Source: Halomicronema hongdechloris C2206 | GTDB taxonomy: Bacteria; Cyanobacteriota; Cyanobacteriia; Phormidesmidales; Phormidesmidaceae | Reading direction: 5' to 3' | Length of the DNA stretch: 32,000 bases | Assembly: GCF_002075285.3 (NCBI RefSeq) | Contig: NZ_CP021983.2 | Coordinates: 1,950,001-1,982,000, forward strand | Shown: positions 6,483 through 15,119 of the stretch, in pieces | Numbering within the stretch: position 1 is the first letter of the stretch | Layout of the letters: each line of letters starts with the position of its first letter | Position numbers and translations under genes: made by a program | Notes under the pieces: model-generated | What the model was told of the DNA's origin: nothing | The model's database searches: none | The model's input: only the letters and a program-made list of their open reading frames with translations

Positions 6483-6570
6483 ATGACGTCAGGCTATCAA
6501 GACCATCAGAACACCTGTAGAAGGGCAATGTTGCCTGATATAACGCCTACAAGCCTTGATATGCCCTAGG

Positions 6571-6599
6571 TTGCTTTTCCCCCATCGCTCTGCTACTCT
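6571..6599 (+). promoter_or_regulatory. Putative sigma70-type promoter of the tetR gene
   Basis: TTGCTT (6571-6576), a 17-nt spacer, then TACTCT (6594-6599). The predicted transcription start falls on the palindromic operator. Confidence 0.3.
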
Positions 6600-6604
6600 C
6601 GAAG

Positions 6605-6618
6605 AGACCGATCGGTCT
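6605..6618. promoter_or_regulatory. 14-bp perfect palindrome AGACCGATCGGTCT (candidate TetR operator 1)
   Basis: Perfect palindrome 13 nt upstream of the tetR ATG. An identical copy lies at 7264-7277. Confidence 0.55.
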
Positions 6619-6630
6619 TAAGTGTTGACC

Positions 6631-7227
6631 ATGGCTAAAGCCGACCTCACCCGTGCCCGTATCATTCAGCGGGCTGCCAACTTGTTTAACCTGCAAGGCT
6701 ATGCCGGTTCGTCTATGGCCGACATCATGCAGGCGACTGGGTTAAAGAAGGGCGGCATTTACAACCACTTTGCCAGCAAAGATGACTTAGCCTTGGCCGC
6801 CTTTGACTTTGCGGTGCAGCAGGTGAGTCAACGCTATCGAGAGGCCCTGCAGGACACCCCTGGTGCCATTGCTGGCCTTAAGGTGATCGTGGGGACCTTC
6901 TGCACCGCCCCGGATCAGGTGCCCTTGCAGGGGGGCTGCCCCTTGCTCAATACAGCCATCGAGAGTGATGACACCCACTCAGGCTTGCGGGAGAAAGCCC
7001 AAGGGGCCATGGGTGAGTGGCGGCGATTGATTCGGCGGCTAGTACAGCAGGGGTTGAAGGCGGGAGAACTGCGACCGGCAGTAGACCCTGATACGGTGGC
7101 TACGATTGTCATTTCCACGTTGGAAGGGGCCTTGATGATGACGAAACTCTATGGCGATCGCGTCCACCTGGAACGAGGCCAGGCCCACCTGGAGCACTAC
7201 ATCGACGACTTACGGGCCAGCCCTTGA
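6631..7227 (+). CDS. TetR/AcrR family transcriptional regulator
   Basis: N-terminal HTH RIIQRAANLFNLQGYAGSSMADIMQATGLKKGGIYNHFASKDDL. The ATG at 6631 is preferred over the GTG at 6622. Confidence 0.85.
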   Translation: MAKADLTRARIIQRAANLFNLQGYAGSSMADIMQATGLKKGGIYNHFASKDDLALAAFDFAVQQVSQRYREALQDTPGAIAGLKVIVGTFCTAPDQVPLQGGCPLLNTAIESDDTHSGLREKAQGAMGEWRRLIRRLVQQGLKAGELRPAVDPDTVATIVISTLEGALMMTKLYGDRVHLERGQAHLEHYIDDLRASP

Positions 7228-7263
7228 TCCCCATAAGCTCCACCTGTTTTTTTGATCCGAAAA

Positions 7264-7277
7264 AGACCGATCGGTCT
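7264..7277. promoter_or_regulatory. 14-bp perfect palindrome AGACCGATCGGTCT (candidate TetR operator 2)
   Basis: Identical to 6605-6618. Lies 37 nt after the tetR stop and 31 nt before the GST ATG. Confidence 0.55.
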
Positions 7278-7307
7278 CAAGACGACTGCCCTCTACAAGC
7301 ACGTACC

Positions 7308-7964
7308 ATGCTGACTTTTTACTACCATCCCCTTTCCCCTGTGGCGCGGCGAGTCTGGATTGCCCTGCTTGAAAAGGGCCTGCCCTTCGAAGCGCGCCTA
7401 GTGCAGCTCAATGGCGAGCAATGGCAACCGGAATTTTTGGCCCTGAATCCCTTCCATCATGTGCCGGTGCTGGCAGATGGGGAGCTCATCCTGATTGAGT
7501 CCCTGGCTATCCTGGACTACCTGGAGGCCCAATACCCAGCACCGCCCCTAACCCCAGCCAAGCCCGTAGCCCTGGCTCGGATGCGCATGGTGCAGATGGT
7601 AGTGGTAAATGAGTTAACCCCCCACCTACCGGCTCTAGTGGCCGAGAGTGAAGGGATAGAGTGCCAGCCTGGCGCTGCCCTGGAGCCGGGGCTGCGGTTT
7701 CTAGAGCAACAGTTAGGGAATGCTGCCTACTTCGGCGGTGATAGTCTCTCCCTGGCCGATATCACTGCCACTTGCACCATGTCCTTGATGCAGCGCCTGG
7801 GGGTAGCCTTGGCCGACTATCCGGCTCTGGCCGCCTGGCATGGTCGTATCAGCCAACGGCCCGCCTGGCAACAGAGCCAGCCTGAGGAAGCCGCCTTAGC
7901 CACCTGGAAGCGATGGCTAGCCCTGAAGATCAAGCGCCGCCAACGGCAGCTGGCCCGCCCCTAG
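7308..7964 (+). CDS. Glutathione S-transferase family protein
   Basis: MLTFYYHPLSPVARRVWIALLEKGLPFE...HHVPVLADGELILIESLAILDYLE is the thioredoxin-like GST N-domain, followed by a helical C-domain. The ATG at 7308 is chosen because the upstream part of the ORF is not GST-like. Confidence 0.85.
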   Translation: MLTFYYHPLSPVARRVWIALLEKGLPFEARLVQLNGEQWQPEFLALNPFHHVPVLADGELILIESLAILDYLEAQYPAPPLTPAKPVALARMRMVQMVVVNELTPHLPALVAESEGIECQPGAALEPGLRFLEQQLGNAAYFGGDSLSLADITATCTMSLMQRLGVALADYPALAAWHGRISQRPAWQQSQPEEAALATWKRWLALKIKRRQRQLARP

Positions 7965-7982
7965 CCCTTACCCCATCTAGCC

Positions 7983-9278
7983 ATGACTTCCCGTTCGTTT
8001 GCCTCGGCTCTACGACGTCGCCCTAAAATCACCCTGGCTGCTAGCGTGCTCCTGTCTAGCCTGGCTTTGGTGGGGGGCCATCGTCTCTGGATCCTTAAGT
8101 CTTCGCCTCAGCCCCCGCCCCAGGAAGGATTGCCAGTGGCCGCGGTGACCGCTGAAGTGATGCCGTCTTACCCGGTGACCCGCCAGTATACCGGTGAGGT
8201 GGTGGCAGGGCGTGCCAGTGACCTCGGTTTTGAGCAGGGGGGAGAGTTGATCTGGGTGGGCGTCGATCGGGGGGAGCCGGTGCAGGCTGGTCAGGTCTTG
8301 GCCAAGCTGGATAGCCGCCGCTTAGAGGCGATGCGATCGCAACTGCTGGCCCAACATCAGCAGGCCCAGGCCCGGCTAGCAGAATTGCAGAATGGCCCTC
8401 GCCCCGAGGCCATTGCCACCGCCCGAGCCACGGTGCAAGACCTGCAGGATCAACTGACCTTGGCACGGCTGCGCCGACAACGGCGGCAGTATCTCTACCA
8501 AGTTGGGGCCATTTCCCAGGAAGAGCGGGATCTGGTGGCCTTCAATGCCGCGGCCTTAGAGGATCGGCTGGCGGCGGCCCGTAGCCAGTTGCAGGAACTG
8601 CTCAACGGTACCCGCACCGAGCAGATTGCCGCCCAGCAGGCCCAGGTGCAACAACTGCAAGCCCGCCTCAGCGATATTGCCATCGCCATCGAGAAGCGCA
8701 CGCTTACCGCCCCCTTTGCCGGTGCGATCGCCAGCCGCCATCATGACGAAGGCACCATCGTCTCCGCGGGACAGCCGGTGTTGCGGCTGGTGGAGCAGGC
8801 TTCTCCAGACGTACAAGTGGGCCTGCCAGTGGCCGTGGCCGATGGGTTGGCCCTAGACCAGCCCTATGACCTAGAGATCGCTGGCCAATCCTATCGGGGC
8901 ATCCTCACCGCCCGCCTACCCGAGGTCGATCCCCTGACACGCACTCAGATTACCGTCTTCAGCTTGGCGGCGGCCCCCAGCCACCTCGCTCCCGAACAGC
9001 TCGTCACCCTAGAGCTGGTCCAGACTGTCCCTAGCCGTGGCGTCTGGCTCCCCATGACTGCCCTGGTGCCGGCAGAGCAAGGGTTGTGGGCTACCTATGC
9101 CCTGGTCCCCCAGCAGGATGATGCCAGCCTTTACCGGGTAGAGCCGCGCCAGGTGGAGGTCTTGCATACGGAAAGCGATCGCGCCTTCGTGCAGGGCCTA
9201 GTACAGGCAGGGGATCGTATCGTCAGGGATGGTAGCCAACGCCTAGTGCCAGGGCAACTCGTGCACTTGGCTCCTTAG
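7983..9278 (+). CDS. RND efflux periplasmic adaptor (membrane fusion protein, HlyD family)
   Basis: N-terminal TM/signal segment, a long Q/A/R-rich coiled coil, barrel-sandwich motifs, and a position immediately upstream of an RND pump. Confidence 0.85.
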   Translation: MTSRSFASALRRRPKITLAASVLLSSLALVGGHRLWILKSSPQPPPQEGLPVAAVTAEVMPSYPVTRQYTGEVVAGRASDLGFEQGGELIWVGVDRGEPVQAGQVLAKLDSRRLEAMRSQLLAQHQQAQARLAELQNGPRPEAIATARATVQDLQDQLTLARLRRQRRQYLYQVGAISQEERDLVAFNAAALEDRLAAARSQLQELLNGTRTEQIAAQQAQVQQLQARLSDIAIAIEKRTLTAPFAGAIASRHHDEGTIVSAGQPVLRLVEQASPDVQVGLPVAVADGLALDQPYDLEIAGQSYRGILTARLPEVDPLTRTQITVFSLAAAPSHLAPEQLVTLELVQTVPSRGVWLPMTALVPAEQGLWATYALVPQQDDASLYRVEPRQVEVLHTESDRAFVQGLVQAGDRIVRDGSQRLVPGQLVHLAP

Positions 9279-9312
9279 TACTCGACGGCACATTATCTAA
9301 TGGCAGTCCATT

Positions 9313-12300
9313 ATGTTCAGTCGCTTCTATCGCCATCCCCGCCTGCTGATCCTGGCGTTAATCTTAATCGGGGTCTGGGGGATATCTGCCTTTCAGAGCC
9401 TGCCGCGGCTAGAAGATCCGGAATTAGTCTCTCGCAATGCCGTCGTCACCACCTTTTGGCCCGGGGCCAGTGCCGAGCGCATAGAAGCCCTGGTGACAGA
9501 AAACATCGAGGCAGAGATCACCGATATCCCAGAAATTCTCACCTATGAATCCACCTCTCGCCCGGGCAGTTCCATCGTCGAGATCGAACTGTCTGAGCAT
9601 GTCCAGGCCGGGGAGGTAGACGGCATCTGGTCTCGGGTGCGGGACCGGCTAGAGGACGCCGCCGTTGCCTTTCCCCCGGGCACCACGGCTCCCGACCTGG
9701 AGCAGGTGGAGGTGAAGGCCTACGCCCTGGTAGTGGCCCTGACCTGGACTCGACCAGATCCTCCCAATTACCGGCTGCTCAGGCGCTTGGCCGCGGCCCT
9801 GAAAGAGCGGCTGCAGGCTCTGCCCGGCACCGAGGCCGTAGATGTCTTTGGCGACCCAGAGGAGGCCCTGGTGGTGGAGGTGGATCCGGCTCGGTTAGCT
9901 GGGATGGGGCTGACAGCCCAATCTCTGTCTCAGCAGATTCGCCAGAGCGACGCCAAAGTGGCGGCCGGGCAAGTGCGCAGTCCTGAGCACACCTTGCCCC
10001 TAGCGGTGGCAGGGGCGCTGGATTCCCTGGCTCGTCTAGCCCAGATTCCGATTCGGTTGGGCGATGGCGGCCAGACCGCCTACTTGGGAGACTTGGCCCA
10101 GCTGCGTCGAGGCACCCTGGAGCCCTTGCAGGAGTTAGCCCTAGCCGGCGGGCAACCAGCGGTAGTGCTAGGGGCCTTGGTGCAGTCGGATTATCGCCTC
10201 GATCGCTGGGCCCAGCAGGCCTATCCTCTCCTGCAGGCCCAACAGACCCAGCTGGCCAGTGACCTGGAGATCGAGATTCTCTTCGACCAGAGTCGCTATG
10301 TCAGCCAGCGGCTCCGGACCCTGCTGCTGAATCTGCTGCTGGGGGCCATATTGGTGTTTGGGGTCACCCTGGGGATGATGGGCTGGCAAGCGGCGGTGAT
10401 CGTCGGGGTGGCCTTACCCCTAACCCTGCTGCTGGTGATAGGACTGATGGACCTCCTGGCCATTCCCTTACATCAGATGTCGATCACAGGGTTGATTGTG
10501 GCCCTGGGCATTCTCATCGATACGGCCATTGTCATGGTGGATGAGGTGCACCATCACTTGAATCAGGGGGAAGCCACGGCGGTCCCCCCCCAGGTCGCCA
10601 TTGACCGCAGTGGCTGGCACTTGGCTGTGCCCCTGCTCAGTTCCACCCTGACCACGGTATTGGCCTTTATGCCCATTGCCCTGCTGCCGGGCAGCGTGGG
10701 AGAGTTCGTCGGCACCATCGGGTTGACGGTAATTCTGGCGGTGTCCTGCTCCTTGGTGCTGTCAATGACGGTGATTCCGGCCCTGGCTGCCTATCTCCAC
10801 AGGGGACGCCTGCTGGGGGCCTCCTGGTGGCAGCGTGGCCTCAGCCTACCCTGGTTAGCCCACGGCTATGACCGGCTGCTGGGCCAGACCCTGCGTCGGC
10901 CTCTGTTGGGCATTGCCCTGGCCTTGCTACTGCCTGGCTTGGGCTTGCTGCAGGCACCGTTTTTAGAGCAGCAGTTCTTTCCAGCCAGTGATCGGGATCA
11001 GCTGACCGTTGAGTTGGAGCTATCGGCAGCGGCCTCGATTCAGCAGACCCAGGCCATGGGCCAGCGTCTGCGGCAACGGTTGCGGCGCCATCCCCAGGTA
11101 GACGAGGTGCACTGGTTTGTGGGCAGCAGTGCTCCCCGCTTTTATTACAATCTCACCGGCGGTCGGGAACACCAGGCCAACTACGGTCAGGCCCTGGTAC
11201 AGCTGCATCGGCTCTCGTCTCCCGCCCTGACCCACACCCTGCAAGCAGAGGTGGATCGAGCCTTTCCTACGGTGCGAGCGGTGGTGCGGCAGCTAGAGCA
11301 GGGACCGCCTTTCGAGGCTCCGATTGAGGTGCGGCTCTTTGGCCATGACCTGCAGCAGCTACGGCGGTTGGGTCAGCAGGTGCGATCGCAGCTCGTGGCC
11401 CTAGAGGCGGTGACCCACACCCGGGCCAGCCTAGATGAGACCCTGCCCCAGCTGGAATTCGTGCTGGATGAAACGGCCGTGCGCCTGGCTGGGCTTGACC
11501 ACGGCACCGTAGCCCAACGGCTGGATCAAGTTCTAGAAGGGGTTCTAGGGGGCTCGGTGCTAGAGACGACCGAGGACCTGCCGGTACAGGTGCGGCTGAC
11601 CAACGCCGACCGGGCCAGCCTGGACCAGATTGCCGCCCTACCCCTAGCGCTGCCGGGCCAGGATGACTGGCTCCCCCTAGACAGCCTGGGGGCTGTGCAA
11701 CTGGTGCCCAAACCCGCCCAAATTGGCCATTACAACGGCGAGCGGGTCAATCAGATTCAGGGGTTTGTCCGGGCCGGGGTGTTGCCAGCCACGGTGCTAG
11801 CCCAGTTCCAGCAGCGGCTACAGACCCAGACCCTGCCCCCTGGGTATCGGCTTGAATTTGGCGGAGAAGCCGAGGAGCGGTCCCAGGCCATCGGCAATCT
11901 GGTGTCTACGGTCGGGGTGTTGGGGGTATTGCTGGTCAGTACCCTGGTCCTCTCCTTAGGCTCCTTTCGATTGGCGGCCCTGATTGGGGTAGTTGCGATC
12001 GCAGCCATAGGCCTGGGGCTCTTCTCCGTAGCCAGCTTTGGGTATCCCTTCGGCTTTAACCCCATCATTGGCACCGTCGGGCTCATTGGCGTGGCCATCA
12101 ACGACTCCATCGTGGTACTAGCCGCCCTAGATAGCCATCCTCAGGCCCGTCTAGGGGATAGGCGAGCCATACAAGCCGTCGTCAGCCGCTCTACCCGCCA
12201 TGTGTTGGCCACCACCTTCACCACCATGGTTGGGTTTGTGCCCCTGTTACTAGCAGGAGGTGCCTTCTGGCCTCCCCTAGCCGTGGCCATTGCCGGCGGC

Positions 12301-12405
12301 GTCGGTGGGGCCACCTTCTTGGCCTTATTTCTGATCCCCTCCGCCTACAGGTGGCTACAGGGGCGGCATGGTGCTCCGGTCGCTCCAACTGACTTGCTAC
12401 GATAA
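9313..12405 (+). CDS. RND family efflux permease (AcrB/AcrD/AcrF-type)
   Basis: 1030 aa with a duplicated organisation of two large periplasmic loops and 12 TM helices. The N-terminus FSRFYRHPRLLILALILIG is typical of the family. Confidence 0.9.
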   Translation: MFSRFYRHPRLLILALILIGVWGISAFQSLPRLEDPELVSRNAVVTTFWPGASAERIEALVTENIEAEITDIPEILTYESTSRPGSSIVEIELSEHVQAGEVDGIWSRVRDRLEDAAVAFPPGTTAPDLEQVEVKAYALVVALTWTRPDPPNYRLLRRLAAALKERLQALPGTEAVDVFGDPEEALVVEVDPARLAGMGLTAQSLSQQIRQSDAKVAAGQVRSPEHTLPLAVAGALDSLARLAQIPIRLGDGGQTAYLGDLAQLRRGTLEPLQELALAGGQPAVVLGALVQSDYRLDRWAQQAYPLLQAQQTQLASDLEIEILFDQSRYVSQRLRTLLLNLLLGAILVFGVTLGMMGWQAAVIVGVALPLTLLLVIGLMDLLAIPLHQMSITGLIVALGILIDTAIVMVDEVHHHLNQGEATAVPPQVAIDRSGWHLAVPLLSSTLTTVLAFMPIALLPGSVGEFVGTIGLTVILAVSCSLVLSMTVIPALAAYLHRGRLLGASWWQRGLSLPWLAHGYDRLLGQTLRRPLLGIALALLLPGLGLLQAPFLEQQFFPASDRDQLTVELELSAAASIQQTQAMGQRLRQRLRRHPQVDEVHWFVGSSAPRFYYNLTGGREHQANYGQALVQLHRLSSPALTHTLQAEVDRAFPTVRAVVRQLEQGPPFEAPIEVRLFGHDLQQLRRLGQQVRSQLVALEAVTHTRASLDETLPQLEFVLDETAVRLAGLDHGTVAQRLDQVLEGVLGGSVLETTEDLPVQVRLTNADRASLDQIAALPLALPGQDDWLPLDSLGAVQLVPKPAQIGHYNGERVNQIQGFVRAGVLPATVLAQFQQRLQTQTLPPGYRLEFGGEAEERSQAIGNLVSTVGVLGVLLVSTLVLSLGSFRLAALIGVVAIAAIGLGLFSVASFGYPFGFNPIIGTVGLIGVAINDSIVVLAALDSHPQARLGDRRAIQAVVSRSTRHVLATTFTTMVGFVPLLLAGGAFWPPLAVAIAGGVGGATFLALFLIPSAYRWLQGRHGAPVAPTDLLR

Positions 12406-12487
12406 GGATCGGCCTTGGGCGACTTTGCCATGCCATCCAGCTCTTCTCAAGAACCGACCATAGCCGATATCCTGAGACAGTGGCGGG

Positions 12488-13369
12488 CTAGGGCAAGCGC
12501 CGAGTCGTGCCGGCTGGTGTCATGGCGACTACCTTACGGGCTAGCCCTAAACGGCGCAGCAGTTGTATAGTCCACCAGGTGACGTCTACTTCCCACCAGC
12601 GCCAGCCGGTTTGAGCAGAGCGGGGACAGGCGTGGTGGTTGTTGTGCCAGCCTTCGCCATAGGTAACCAGAGAGACCCACCAGAGATTGCGGGAATCGTC
12701 ATCGGTATCAGCAAAGGTGCGATAGCCCCAGCGATGGGTGGCTGAGTTGACTAGCCAAGTTGCTTGCCACAGCAACACGGCTCGCACAAAGATGCCGTAA
12801 ATCACGAAGGACCAACCGCCCCAGGCATAGAGCAAAACCGCTAGGGGAATCTGCAGCAGTAGGAAGTAGCGGTCGAGCCAACAGTAATAGGGCTCTCTGA
12901 CGATGTCGGGGGCATATTTGCCGTAATGTCGCCGGTTAAAGGTGCCGTTTTGGGGGGCCAGTAGCCAGACCACATGGCTCCACCAAAAGCCCCGCTTGGC
13001 AGAGTAAGGATCTTTGTCGACGTCTTCAGTAAAGGCATGATGCTGGCGATGCCCCCCCACCCAAAAGACGGGGCCCCCTTGAATCGCTAAGGCCCCCAGA
13101 GTTGCGATCGCATATTCCAACCAACGCGGCACCTGAAAGCTACGATGAGTCAAGAGACGATGGTATCCCAAGCAGATACCCACCCCCCCAAACAACCAGT
13201 GCAGCCCCACGGCGACCGCCAAGGCTGGCCAGGAGAAGTATAGGGGGCCCAGCAGTAATGCTAAGACATGGAAGGATCCGAAGAAGGTAGTATTAATCCA
13301 ACCAAGCCCCGAAGTCCGATGCTCTAGGGGGGGGGCAGTAGCCGTAGCAGAGTTTGGCAGCATAAACAT
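12488..13369 (-). CDS. desC: Acyl-lipid/acyl-CoA delta-9 fatty acid desaturase
   Basis: Three histidine boxes are present: HRLLTH, HRQHH and HNNHH. The hydrophobic N-terminal half fits a membrane desaturase. Confidence 0.85.
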   Translation of the reverse strand: MFMLPNSATATAPPLEHRTSGLGWINTTFFGSFHVLALLLGPLYFSWPALAVAVGLHWLFGGVGICLGYHRLLTHRSFQVPRWLEYAIATLGALAIQGGPVFWVGGHRQHHAFTEDVDKDPYSAKRGFWWSHVVWLLAPQNGTFNRRHYGKYAPDIVREPYYCWLDRYFLLLQIPLAVLLYAWGGWSFVIYGIFVRAVLLWQATWLVNSATHRWGYRTFADTDDDSRNLWWVSLVTYGEGWHNNHHACPRSAQTGWRWWEVDVTWWTIQLLRRLGLARKVVAMTPAGTTRRLP

Positions 13370-13402
13370 TCCCTTTCAGGCTTGAGCCTGTTACTGTAGA
13401 AA

Positions 13403-13419
13403 TGCAAGCTTCACTTGCA
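13403..13419. promoter_or_regulatory. Inverted repeat TGCAAG-N5-CTTGCA (candidate operator, desC-proximal)
   Basis: TGCAAGCTTCACTTGCA, 34 nt upstream of the desC start, in the divergent intergenic region. Confidence 0.45.
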
Positions 13420-13450
13420 CTGCTTTAACTTAGCAATATTTCCCTAGATG

Positions 13451-13467
13451 TGCAAGTGTCACTTGCA
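13451..13467. promoter_or_regulatory. Inverted repeat TGCAAG-N5-CTTGCA (candidate operator, regulator-proximal)
   Basis: TGCAAGTGTCACTTGCA, 42 nt upstream of the ATG at 13509. A third N6 variant, TGCAAGTAAGTGCTTGCA, lies inside the regulator gene at 13781-13798. Confidence 0.45.
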
Positions 13468-13508
13468 CACAATTGAACGGCTGCCTTGGTGTGCAGATAT
13501 CTCCCGCA

Positions 13509-14306
13509 ATGGCTATGGCTACCCCCTCCAAATCGACCCGTCAACGGTTGACCCATGCCGCCCTGGAGCTATTTCTGTCCCAGGGAGTTAGTGGCACCAC
13601 TACTCGCCAAATCGCTAATCTGGCCGGGGTGAACGAGGTTACCCTCTTCCGCCACTTCGGGAATAAGCATGGGCTCTTGCTGGCAGTCCTAGCCGAAGCG
13701 CCCCCCTTTGCCGATATCACCTCAGCCCTGCAGGGGGTATTGCCGGCCCAGGGAACCCTGGCCCAGGGAATAAGCCAGTATGCAAGTAAGTGCTTGCATG
13801 TGTTGGCACAGCATCCAGAATTAGTACGGTCCCTGATTGGGGAAGCCGATCAGTATCCTCCCGAGAATCGCCAGGCCCTGGGGCAACGCCTGACCGAAGC
13901 TAATCGTTGCGTCCGACAGGCGGCTGGCTGGTTGCAGCAGTCTCCCCTAGGGGCCCAGGTGACACCCCAGCAGCTGATTAGCCTGGTACATAGTATGCTG
14001 ATCGGCTATGCCGTCATCGAGTTCACCAGTGACGACCATGGCCTCTGGAACAGCTCAAGACGACTTTGTCTCGATACTAGAGCGGTTCTTGGCGCAAGAA
14101 GTCGAAACCCCGGCTGCCTCGACTCCTGCCCAGGAGGGGCCACCCCCGACTCTACTGGATCTGCCGGCTTCGTTAGTGCATACCATCCTACAGACGGCCC
14201 GCAAAGCTGGATCCCTCGACTATGCGTTGGCCTATGTCTTATTTGGAGCGGGACTGTCTGCCGCCGATATGGTGCAATTGCAGCGGTCTCACCACATCAG
14301 CGATGA
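13509..14306 (+). CDS. TetR-family regulator; meaningful sequence ends near 14050, and the rest of the ORF looks like out-of-frame read-through
   Basis: HTH RLTHAALELFLSQGVSGTTTRQIANLAGVNEVTLFRHFGNKHGLL plus a helical ligand domain up to ...[16 protein letters not shown]. After ~14050 the frame becomes low-complexity R/S/C/G-rich text, while the +1 frame becomes protein-like. Confidence 0.6.
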   Translation: MAMATPSKSTRQRLTHAALELFLSQGVSGTTTRQIANLAGVNEVTLFRHFGNKHGLLLAVLAEAPPFADITSALQGVLPAQGTLAQGISQYASKCLHVLAQHPELVRSLIGEADQYPPENRQALGQRLTEANRCVRQAAGWLQQSPLGAQVTPQQLISLVHSMLIGYAVIEFTSDDHGLWNSSRRLCLDTRAVLGARSRNPGCLDSCPGGATPDSTGSAGFVSAYHPTDGPQSWIPRLCVGLCLIWSGTVCRRYGAIAAVSPHQR

Positions 14307-14730
14307 TCAGCAGCAGGTGTTGCTAGTCCAGGGGCCTCAAGGTATCCGGCAGGTGCCCATTAATCAGTGGATTCTGGGCAAGCGCTATGGCTCTTACACC
14401 AACAATCCCCTCACCAAGTGGTTGAAGGGGCGCAAAGACGAGGTCCCGGCCCTGTTTCTAGATGAGGCAGGGCAGGCCCTGACTGTTCCTTCCCTACAGC
14501 AGCGCTGGCGTCAATGGACCGACCAGCTACTGACCCCAGGTGGCCATCCGCCTATCCTGGAGCAAGCCCAGCAAACCTGGTGTGTCGAGATGTTGATGCG
14601 GGGGCTGAGCCTAGAAAACTTGAGTATTTTGACCCGGCAACCCCCTAGCCAGCTACAACCCTATGCCGATCGGGCCCGGGAAAAGGTGGCTTTGGAGCAG
14701 GCGGCGCAGTTGGACCGCAAGCCTCAGTAA
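14038..14730 (+). CDS. Degenerate tyrosine-recombinase-fold-like protein or domain (separate overlapping gene, or frameshifted C-terminus of the TetR protein)
   Basis: The pattern [14 protein letters not shown]...IRQVPIN...[13 protein letters not shown]...[24 protein letters not shown]...LQPY follows the layout of integrase catalytic domains. The Arg/His catalytic positions are substituted. Assignment by eye only. Confidence 0.45.
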   Translation: MASGTAQDDFVSILERFLAQEVETPAASTPAQEGPPPTLLDLPASLVHTILQTARKAGSLDYALAYVLFGAGLSAADMVQLQRSHHISDDQQQVLLVQGPQGIRQVPINQWILGKRYGSYTNNPLTKWLKGRKDEVPALFLDEAGQALTVPSLQQRWRQWTDQLLTPGGHPPILEQAQQTWCVEMLMRGLSLENLSILTRQPPSQLQPYADRAREKVALEQAAQLDRKPQ

Positions 14731-14923
14731 AGGCAGAAGGCAGAAGGCAGAAGGCAGCTTGTCCTGAGCGGAGCCGAAGGGAAGGCAGAAGGCAGAAGGC
14801 AGAGGGCAGAAGGCAGAAGGCAGAAGGCAGAGGGCAGAAGGCAGAAGGCAGAGGGCAGAAGGCAGAAGGCAGAAGGCAGAAGGCAGAAGGCAGAGGGCAG
14901 AGGGCAGAAGGCAGCTTGTCCTG
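14731..14923 (+). repeat. STRR-like heptanucleotide tandem array (GGCAGAA/GGCAGAG), two blocks
   Basis: Block 1 has 3 units (14732-14752) and block 2 has 18 units (14784-14909). Each block ends in GGCAGCTTGTCCTG. Counted directly from the sequence. Confidence 0.95.
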
Positions 14924-15119
14924 TATGACTTTCAGTCAGGCTCCGCCAAGCGCGTAGCGGCCCCGCTCGTAGTGAGCGAAGTCGAACTGCAGGGGCAACG
15001 GAGCCGTTGGCATAGCCTGCCCGGAGGGCATAGGGAAGGCAGAGAACAGCATCAGGATGTTGGCCATGCAGAGAATACACTGGTTTGGCATGCTCTAACC
15101 TCACTGGCGACGGCTATAT

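Noticed and set aside
8095-12436. Numerous 60-125-aa antisense or out-of-frame ORFs inside the adaptor and RND genes (e.g. 8095-8466, 11757-12110, 12218-12436)
   Set aside because: These are typical shadow ORFs of GC-rich coding DNA, with Arg/Pro/Gly-rich low-complexity translations. Each is fully nested in a well-supported gene. The same applies to nested ORFs in desC, hemE, the kinase, the OMP and the isochorismatase genes.
14731-14923. Possible CRISPR array (this heptamer array; the same question arose for the 21-bp repeats at 5652-5713)
   Set aside because: The repeats are directly tandem with no unique spacers. The units (7 and 21 bp) are too short, and no cas genes are present.
14936-15091. 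51-codon minus-strand ORF ([16 protein letters not shown]...[12 protein letters not shown]) just downstream of the TPR gene, and GCGTAGCGG/CTCGTAG-type sequence in 14924-15119
   Set aside because: The ORF has no Shine-Dalgarno and no recognisable peptide family. The underlying DNA resembles the GC-rich 'GTAGCG/CGTAG' dispersed repeat material common in cyanobacterial intergenic regions. I cannot support it as a gene or as a RiPP precursor.
14724-15104. 126-aa minus-strand ORF with repeated SAFCLLP peptide units
   Set aside because: The repeats are simply the translation of the GGCAGAA heptamer array. The remainder has alternative-start, low-complexity R/A/L-rich text, and there is no ribosome-binding site. 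It is an artefact of the repeat.
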